A stretch of 64,000 bases of DNA from a bacterium. GTDB taxonomy: Bacteria > Patescibacteriota > Minisyncoccia > Moranbacterales > GWC2-37-73. Positions 58,419-64,000 of the stretch are shown here, one piece after another. The DNA is taken from NCBI GenBank assembly GCA_003251635.1, contig QKEW01000012.1, positions 53,333 through 117,332 on the forward strand. The letters run 5' to 3'. The translations under genes were made by a program, and so were the position numbers. Numbering within the stretch: position 1 is the stretch's first letter; every line of letters starts with the position of its first letter. A model generated the notes under the pieces. That model saw nothing but the letters and a program-made list of their open reading frames with translations. It was not told the origin of the DNA and did no database searches.

Positions 58419-59651
58419 TTATTCTTCAATTTCCAACTCGTTACTTTGACAGATTTTGGCGTATTCATAGAAACTCCGGCGCGGTGTACGCTTTTGAGTT
58501 TCAAAATCAACCTCCACTAAACCGAAACGCGGTTCAAAACCATAGAGCCATTCAAAATTATCCATCAAGGACCAATGATTGTAACCTCGCACATCTACGC
58601 CCTCTTCAATGGCCTGGTGAATAAATTTCAGATGATCTTTTATAAAATCTATTCTTTCTTGATCATCGATTCCCACATCCGTCGGGACTCCGTTTTCAGT
58701 AATATATATCGGCAGATTGCGCTCTTTGGCAACTTCTTTCAAAACTTTATAGATACCATCTGGATAAGTGATCCAGCCCATCAAATTTTGCTTATTATCT
58801 TCAACTCTAATTCCAAAATAAATTTGATTTTTCGAATCCATTCTGATGTTTTTCCAATCAAATTTGATTCTTCCCAAACGATAATATTGAACCGCCATAA
58901 AATCAAGTTTGTCCTTGATTTTTCCATCAATCAAATCTACTCGAAACCATTTTGAAACTCGATTTATGATTTTAACTACAAAACCAAGATTTTCAGATTC
59001 ATACCAATTGTACAAATAACTCATCCCAACTGGAACATTGGGATATTTCTTTTTTATAATTTCATATGCTTTTTTGTATGATTCGGCCACACCCGCAGCC
59101 GCTCGAAAAAATTTCCAGGGATTCATGAATCCCGGCGGAAAGACTTTACCCAAATAGCCTTGTCCTAACGGCACCATTGGTTCATTAAAGACTTGATACA
59201 TATCCACAAATTCCCCCAATTCATCCACCACTTTTTGAGCATAATTGGCAAACAAATCCGACGCTTTTTGGTGATGAAATCCGTATTTTTTTGTAAACCA
59301 ATCCGGACTAACCCACCACCATAAAGACAATTGGACATGCAAACCTCTTTTTTTCAAATCACCCAAAACTTCTTTGTAATGCTTGAATTCTTTTTGATCA
59401 AATTTGTCTTTTTCCGGTTGCAAACGCGCCCATTCAACTGACAGACGAAAAGTGTTGCAGCCCAATTGTTGCAGCAAATCATGATCGGATTTAAAGCGAT
59501 TGTAATAATCACTGGCCAGGCCGGACTTGGTTTCGATTTTGCCTTCTTGCTCCCAGCGCCACCAATCGGTATTTTTATTATTGCCCTCAACTTGATAGGA
59601 AGAGATGGCCGTTCCCCACAAAAACCCCTCAGGAAATTTTAATTTTTTCAT
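58419..59651 (-). CDS. glycoside hydrolase family 1 (beta-glucosidase/galactosidase)
   Basis: FLWGTAISSYQVEG, FNEP acid/base, ITENG nucleophile, WSLMDNFEW. Confidence 0.95.
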   Translation of the reverse strand: MKKLKFPEGFLWGTAISSYQVEGNNKNTDWWRWEQEGKIETKSGLASDYYNRFKSDHDLLQQLGCNTFRLSVEWARLQPEKDKFDQKEFKHYKEVLGDLKKRGLHVQLSLWWWVSPDWFTKKYGFHHQKASDLFANYAQKVVDELGEFVDMYQVFNEPMVPLGQGYLGKVFPPGFMNPWKFFRAAAGVAESYKKAYEIIKKKYPNVPVGMSYLYNWYESENLGFVVKIINRVSKWFRVDLIDGKIKDKLDFMAVQYYRLGRIKFDWKNIRMDSKNQIYFGIRVEDNKQNLMGWITYPDGIYKVLKEVAKERNLPIYITENGVPTDVGIDDQERIDFIKDHLKFIHQAIEEGVDVRGYNHWSLMDNFEWLYGFEPRFGLVEVDFETQKRTPRRSFYEYAKICQSNELEIEE

Positions 59652-60238
59652 AAATTCTCAAAATAATTTTTGATTTTTTCGGCGGTTTTGGGTTGATCGA
59701 TAACCAAAAGATTTTCTTGCAAGAATTTGACCAAAAATTCACTACCCCTCATTTTGCCGGAAAAAATCATGTCCAAAAATTCTTCCCACTCCACCAGATA
59801 CACTTGAATCTTTTCCCCAGCATCCAATTTTTGTTCAGTCACTTTGCGGCAATCTTTGGCCAGAAAAAAATACAAAGTCCAGTCAATTTTGGAAGTCAGT
59901 TGAGCACTGTGCCAAAGTTTTATTTCTCCACATTCAAATCCGGCTTCTTCCAAAAATTCTCTTTGTACCCCTTCGACCGGCGATTCTCCTTCATCTATCA
60001 TACCACCCGGAATACTAAAAAATTTACCTCTTACCGGTTGCTCCTGTTCTAAAACCACAACTTTTCCTTCTTCAGTAAATGCAATCACGCTAGCTGTATC
60101 AAGTTTCTTTACCACTTTTTCAAAAGTTTCCGTGCTGCCATCAAACATTTCTTGCGGCCATTGGTAAACATCAAAAATCTTTCCGGCAAAAACCTTCTTG
60201 GCATTTTCCGGCATTGATTTTTTCTTTTTTTTCTTCAT
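59648..60238 (-). CDS. NUDIX hydrolase (ADP-ribose pyrophosphatase-like)
   Basis: Nudix box GGMIDEGESPVEGVQREFLEEAG; LDAGEKI. Confidence 0.88.
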   Translation of the reverse strand: MKKKKKKSMPENAKKVFAGKIFDVYQWPQEMFDGSTETFEKVVKKLDTASVIAFTEEGKVVVLEQEQPVRGKFFSIPGGMIDEGESPVEGVQREFLEEAGFECGEIKLWHSAQLTSKIDWTLYFFLAKDCRKVTEQKLDAGEKIQVYLVEWEEFLDMIFSGKMRGSEFLVKFLQENLLVIDQPKTAEKIKNYFENL

Positions 60239-60255
60239 AAAATTAAAACTTATTT

Positions 60256-60924
60256 TTATTTTGTAATACTTTTGACTATTTTATCCAAATCATCTATTTC
60301 TTTCTCTTTCACGAAATAATTATCATAAACTATGGAATCCCTAACCGTAACCACCCAAGCTTTTGATATCAGCTTTTTAATTTTTTTATCTCTTCTCTTT
60401 CTTTGTTTTACACATTCAGATAAAAGAAAGCTATTCAATTTTTTATGATCTCCAAATTTTTCAATTAAAATTCCATATAATGTGAGAAATTTATCATTTA
60501 ATGTTTCCCTACGCTTATTTCCATATAAACTAACAAGTCTAATCTTTCTATTTTTCCTTAATTTATTAACATTTTTTTCAAATTTATCCAAATTAAATTC
60601 TGATCTAATGAGTCGTTTTATGGTCAATCTTGTTGTAACTGTTTGTCTACCATTTGGTAATTTTATAGTGTCTTCTTCAAATGGTTCACTCATAACAAAA
60701 TTTCCATACAAATAAGCAAAGCAGTCGTTTATCTTTTTGGCAATTTTTTCAGCTTGTTTTTTGGCTAAAACCTGATCTTCGGCTTTTACTAAAATTCCAA
60801 CTTTATCTATAACTCCTTCACTATTGGAAACAAAGTCCAAATCCGTATCAAACATCCTGACTTTTAAAGAATTCGATTCAAACATTTCATTGGCCTTAAA
60901 ATAAACATCGTAATCTTCCATCAT
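60256..60924 (-). CDS. very AT-rich hypothetical protein, possibly HEPN/MauJ-like
   Basis: 222-aa ORF; KFLTLYGIL and C-terminal VRDSIVY resemble a degenerate HEPN Rx4H. Confidence 0.6.
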   Translation of the reverse strand: MMEDYDVYFKANEMFESNSLKVRMFDTDLDFVSNSEGVIDKVGILVKAEDQVLAKKQAEKIAKKINDCFAYLYGNFVMSEPFEEDTIKLPNGRQTVTTRLTIKRLIRSEFNLDKFEKNVNKLRKNRKIRLVSLYGNKRRETLNDKFLTLYGILIEKFGDHKKLNSFLLSECVKQRKRRDKKIKKLISKAWVVTVRDSIVYDNYFVKEKEIDDLDKIVKSITK

Positions 60925-61027
60925 AATTACTTTACATTAAAGATTCTAAATCAAGTTCAGAATGACAAAATTTAATTTTCTTATTCTTTTTTTCCATAAA
61001 CTTATTTGCAACAAATATTATCCCACT

Positions 61028-61053
61028 GTTACCATATATTAATATATGGTAAC
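61028..61053. promoter_or_regulatory. perfect 26-bp palindrome, candidate operator (copy 1)
   Basis: GTTACCATATATT|AATATATGGTAAC. Confidence 0.6.
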
Positions 61054-61093
61054 GAAACCAATTTATTCTTTAATTCAAAAAAGTTCACACAAA

Positions 61094-61513
61094 TCATTTA
61101 CCAAAAATATTTTTTATAAAACGATGGTATGGATATTTATCCAATAAGCTATCATACTCAATCGTATTATTTATTTGGTTACTTTTGTCGCTCTTCCCGA
61201 TCTTTTGTATTTTATTTTGCAACCAATTGTTATATTTGTCATCTCCACCGTGCAACCATTGATAAGTTCTTTGAACTGTGGCGGTACCAACTTTCAATTT
61301 TTTTCGAATTTCTTCATAACTCTTATCTTCCAATAACATTTGAGCTATCTGAATACGCCTTGCCACCATCAAGGCCTCGCTGGGAGTAAACAGTCCTAGA
61401 AAAAAATTAATAATTTCTTGCTTGGTTTTCAAGCTAGAAACAACCTCAAATAAACTATTAATAGCTTGGTATTTTTCTTTAGGTTTAACTGTATGAGGCT
61501 TAACTTTGGCCAT
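61094..61513 (-). CDS. TrpR-like (YerC/YecD family) DNA-binding protein
   Basis: FFLGLFTPSE..VARRIQIAQML...SYEEIRKKLKVGTATVQR HTH; start at ATG 61513. Confidence 0.85.
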   Translation of the reverse strand: MAKVKPHTVKPKEKYQAINSLFEVVSSLKTKQEIINFFLGLFTPSEALMVARRIQIAQMLLEDKSYEEIRKKLKVGTATVQRTYQWLHGGDDKYNNWLQNKIQKIGKSDKSNQINNTIEYDSLLDKYPYHRFIKNIFGK

Positions 61514-61572
61514 TAGCAAAAATAAAATTCTTACACCAAAATTATACCATACTTTTTTCAAAATAATTTTCT

Positions 61573-61598
61573 ATTACCATATATTAAAATATGGTAAT
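61573..61598. promoter_or_regulatory. 26-bp palindrome with one mismatch, candidate operator (copy 2)
   Basis: ATTACCATATATT|AAAATATGGTAAT; covers the -10 position for a TTGACA at 61610-61615 (minus strand). Confidence 0.6.
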
Positions 61599-61751
61599 GA
61601 AAAAGAATTTGTCAACCGACTAATTCAAGCTCGTCTTTATTACTTTCTTTTATGGATGTCTTTAACTATTTTTAATAGCCAGCCAAACAACTAATCCTAA
61701 CAATAGCAAGATAGCAACGCTTAATATTATTAATGTCATGCTAATTTAAAA

Positions 61752-63026
61752 TTACTTCTTAATCTCAATCTTCTCTAAATTCCCCGGCATCCATTTTTGC
61801 AGGACTTTTGGAATCAGCACACTGCCATCAGCTTGTTGGTGATTTTCCAAGACAGTAATTAGGGCCCGTGAAATGGCCACTGCCGTACCATTGAGCAAAT
61901 GGGCAAATTCTTTGGAACCGTCGCTGTTTTGAACCTTGATATTTAGGCGACGCGATTGATAGTCAGTTGTGTTGGAAGTTGAAGTCACCTCGCCCCAGCC
62001 ATTTTTGGAGACCATGTAGGCTTCCAAATCATATTTGCGATAAGCCGGTCCGCCCAAATCGCCAGTGCAAATATCCACCACTCGAAACGGCACTTCCAAA
62101 TCTTGAAAAATTTCTACTTCAATTTCTTTGAGCTGCTCGTGAATTTTTTCTGAATCAGCCGGTTTGGCATAAATAAACATTTCAACCTTGGTAAATTGAT
62201 GAACTCGATAGAGTCCGCTGCTATGCTTGCCATAGGCTCCGGCTTCAGTTCGAAAACAATGTGAAAGCGCCACATATTTTTTCGGCATGTCTTTTTCCAG
62301 CAAAACCTCTCCGCTGTGATAGCCTCCCATGGTGATTTCAGCCGTTCCAACCAATGACAAATCCGTATTTTCAATATTATAGATCTGCGATTCTTCCCCG
62401 CGCGGATTAAAACCAATTCCTTCCAAAACTTTTTGCCGCGCCAAATCCGGGGTAATCACCGGCACGAAACCTTTGGATACCAATTTATCCAAAGCAAAAT
62501 TAATCAAAGCCATTTCCAAAAGCGCGCCTTCGTTTTTCAGAAAATAAAACTTAGAACCAGTCACTTTGGCCGCTCGTTCAAAATCAGCCAAATCCAAATC
62601 CAACATAATTTCCTCATGGGTTTTTGGCTGGAAGTCAAACTCCGGAATTTTTCCATAAACAGCAATCTCTTGATTTTCTTCGTCAGTTTTTCCAATCGGT
62701 GAATCCGGATGAGTCAGATTTGGCACCGTCAACAAAATTTGCTCAAACTTCTCGGAAATTTTTTTCAACTCAGGCTCTTTGGCTTCCAACTCGGCTTTAA
62801 TTTTTTTGCCTTCCTCAATGATCTTCGGTCTTTCTTCGGCAGAAGCTTTCTGAATTTTCTCGTTGAGAGAATTTTTCTGAGCACTAAAACTTTCCACGTC
62901 TTGAATCAATTTTCGCCTTTTTTCATCCAATTCCAAAAGTCGATCCACCTCGCATTTAGCCGCCCGATTCTCACAATTTTTCTTCACCAAATCAGCATTT
63001 TCCCGAATAAATTTGATATCCAACAT
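61752..63026 (-). CDS. serS: serine--tRNA ligase
   Basis: MLDIKFIREN, GTAE, CFRTEAG, LYRVHQFTKVE, YQSRRL, LNGTAVA. Confidence 0.98.
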   Translation of the reverse strand: MLDIKFIRENADLVKKNCENRAAKCEVDRLLELDEKRRKLIQDVESFSAQKNSLNEKIQKASAEERPKIIEEGKKIKAELEAKEPELKKISEKFEQILLTVPNLTHPDSPIGKTDEENQEIAVYGKIPEFDFQPKTHEEIMLDLDLADFERAAKVTGSKFYFLKNEGALLEMALINFALDKLVSKGFVPVITPDLARQKVLEGIGFNPRGEESQIYNIENTDLSLVGTAEITMGGYHSGEVLLEKDMPKKYVALSHCFRTEAGAYGKHSSGLYRVHQFTKVEMFIYAKPADSEKIHEQLKEIEVEIFQDLEVPFRVVDICTGDLGGPAYRKYDLEAYMVSKNGWGEVTSTSNTTDYQSRRLNIKVQNSDGSKEFAHLLNGTAVAISRALITVLENHQQADGSVLIPKVLQKWMPGNLEKIEIKK

Positions 63027-63183
63027 TTTTTTAGCCTTTATTTCTTATGCTCCCATTTTACCCGTAAAAAAGACCTTTGGCAAACCAACTGGATTGACTT
63101 TTTGACTAGAAATGTCAGAATTATTTTATACCATGGATTTACGTTTTTTTACGAAATTTACCAATAACCACAAGGGGGGCAAC

Positions 63184-63342
63184 ATGGAAACAACAGGGAC
63201 AGATTTCGATTTAGCAATTTACGTTATGGAGGATTTGCCAGGAAATCATGGTCAAACCAATAGGTCTGAAAAAGATTTTCCAACAAGATTTCTTACTCTT
63301 GACCCAATTCGATGGTTAATTGGATTATTTAGTTACTTTTAA
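63184..63342 (+). CDS. 52-aa small protein, unknown function
   Basis: AAGGGGGG before ATG 63184; METTGTDFDL...PIRWLIGLFSYF; terminator follows. Confidence 0.45.
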   Translation: METTGTDFDLAIYVMEDLPGNHGQTNRSEKDFPTRFLTLDPIRWLIGLFSYF

Positions 63343-63360
63343 TTTTAAACAAAACAAAAT

Positions 63361-63390
63361 AAACCGCCGTTGAACCTAACGTGCGGTTTT
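63361..63390 (+). terminator. intrinsic terminator
   Basis: AAACCGC-CGTT...AACG-TGCGGTTTT. Confidence 0.65.
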
Positions 63391-63448
63391 GTTTTTCCCA
63401 AACGCCTATTTCAATAGGCTTTTTTCAAACATGGCTTGCGCTTTTTTG

Positions 63449-63474
63449 CAACTTTTTTGGCGCCAAAAAAGTTG
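63449..63474. repeat. perfect 26-bp palindrome
   Basis: CAACTTTTTTGGC|GCCAAAAAAGTTG. Confidence 0.65.
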
Positions 63475-63549
63475 AGTCAAGAAATAATAAAATTTAAGCC
63501 ACTTCCTTTACTGCAGACATACTGGCAAAAATAATTATTTTCATAACTA

Positions 63550-64000
63550 CTAAAATCTATTTTCTATAAACCGAATTAACTTATCATTTGTAAAATTATA
63601 AATATATGGAACAAATCTCAAGACATCCTTCTTTTCTATATTTTTCAAGTTCTTAATTGTCCATACTTCAAATCCAAAAGATTTGCCTTTTTCGATCTTT
63701 AAATCTTCAATCCTACCTTCATATATATAGACAAACTCTTTTTTAAAGGCATAATTAATCTTACCACTTACTTCATCCCTAGATTTATCACAAACCTTAT
63801 CGATTGATATCAAATTATTTTCACTTATTATTAGCCCCGTCTCCTCTAGAGTTTCCTTAACAGCAGTCTTTTCATAGCTATCTCCAATTTCTACGTGTCC
63901 GCCGACTGTTCCATCTAGAAGATCAGGGAATGTATCTTTGCTTTTGGCACGATGTTGAAAAATTATTTCATTTTTAGGCGTGACAAAATAAACGTGAATT
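63550..64000 (-). CDS. NUDIX hydrolase (IDI/YfcD-like), 5' end outside the window
   Basis: Manual translation IHVYFVTPKNEIIFQHRAKSKDTFPDLLDGTVGGHVEIGDSYEKTAVKETLEETGL, continuing into the 63550..63813 ORF. Confidence 0.85.
   Translation of the reverse strand, partial: IHVYFVTPKNEIIFQHRAKSKDTFPDLLDGTVGGHVEIGDSYEKTAVKETLEETGLIISENNLISIDKVCDKSRDEVSGKINYAFKKEFVYIYEGRIEDLKIEKGKSFGFEVWTIKNLKNIEKKDVLRFVPYIYNFTNDKLIRFIENRF

Noticed and set aside
475-63167. Many ORF-track entries overlapping real genes (e.g. 2173-2613, 21997-22557, 37557-38054, 43948-44250, 50533-51096, 57943-58357, 62709-63167)
   Set aside because: Antisense or off-frame shadows of well-supported CDSs or of rnpB, with no motifs or initiation signals.
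2297-63390. GC hairpins after small ORFs as integron attC sites
   Set aside because: They lack RYYYAAC/GTTRRRY ends, differ in sequence, have T-tails typical of terminators, and no intI is present.
1-64000. CRISPR array, cas genes, transposases, integrases, rRNA or tRNA genes
   Set aside because: No regularly spaced direct repeats, recognisable motifs or cloverleaf sequences seen by eye; a tRNA or Rfam scan could still find something missed.
1-64000. Alternative genetic code (TGA = Gly, code 25) or TAA read-through
   Set aside because: Long conserved genes are uninterrupted in code 11 and several end at TGA (15273-15275, 21103-21105); the internal stops at 4781 and 45996 are isolated.

Overview
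An AT-rich bacterial chromosome segment in genetic code 11 (TGA ends real genes). Gene content and style point to Patescibacteria/CPR, possibly Parcubacteria such as Moranbacteria; this is an inference from the short HrcA, ADP-forming acetate-CoA ligase, GH1, YerC/YecD regulator and core genes that mostly lack Shine-Dalgarno (SD) sites. It carries housekeeping genes (gltX, priA, def-fmt, recJ, hrcA-grpE-dnaK, dnaJ, cysS, serS, RNase HI, khpA, yidD, RNase P RNA), a MacAB-like exporter, and a ~24 kb cell-surface glycosylation region (8.5-32.2 kb: LCP, five GT4, GT2, three GT-C-like proteins, O-antigen ligase, flippases, nucleotide-sugar dehydrogenase). The most striking signal is a divergent RtcB-fold protein plus a TMP-kinase-like P-loop protein at the end of a tightly packed glycosyltransferase operon. 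The RtcB keeps the guanylylated His but has lost several RNA/phosphate-binding residues, which suggests a possible kinase + guanylylation/ligation module acting on glycans. Other signals: a candidate antisense sRNA between grpE and dnaK, a ~140-nt unannotated structured RNA, a TrpR-like gene bracketed by two near-identical palindromes, three tandem Cys-rich microproteins, many autonomous SD-led small ORFs, a CorA lacking GMN, several apparent pseudo-enzymes and a DUF1653 gene with a premature stop. No CRISPR array, rRNA, tRNA or transposase was recognised. All calls are by eye; no database searches were run.
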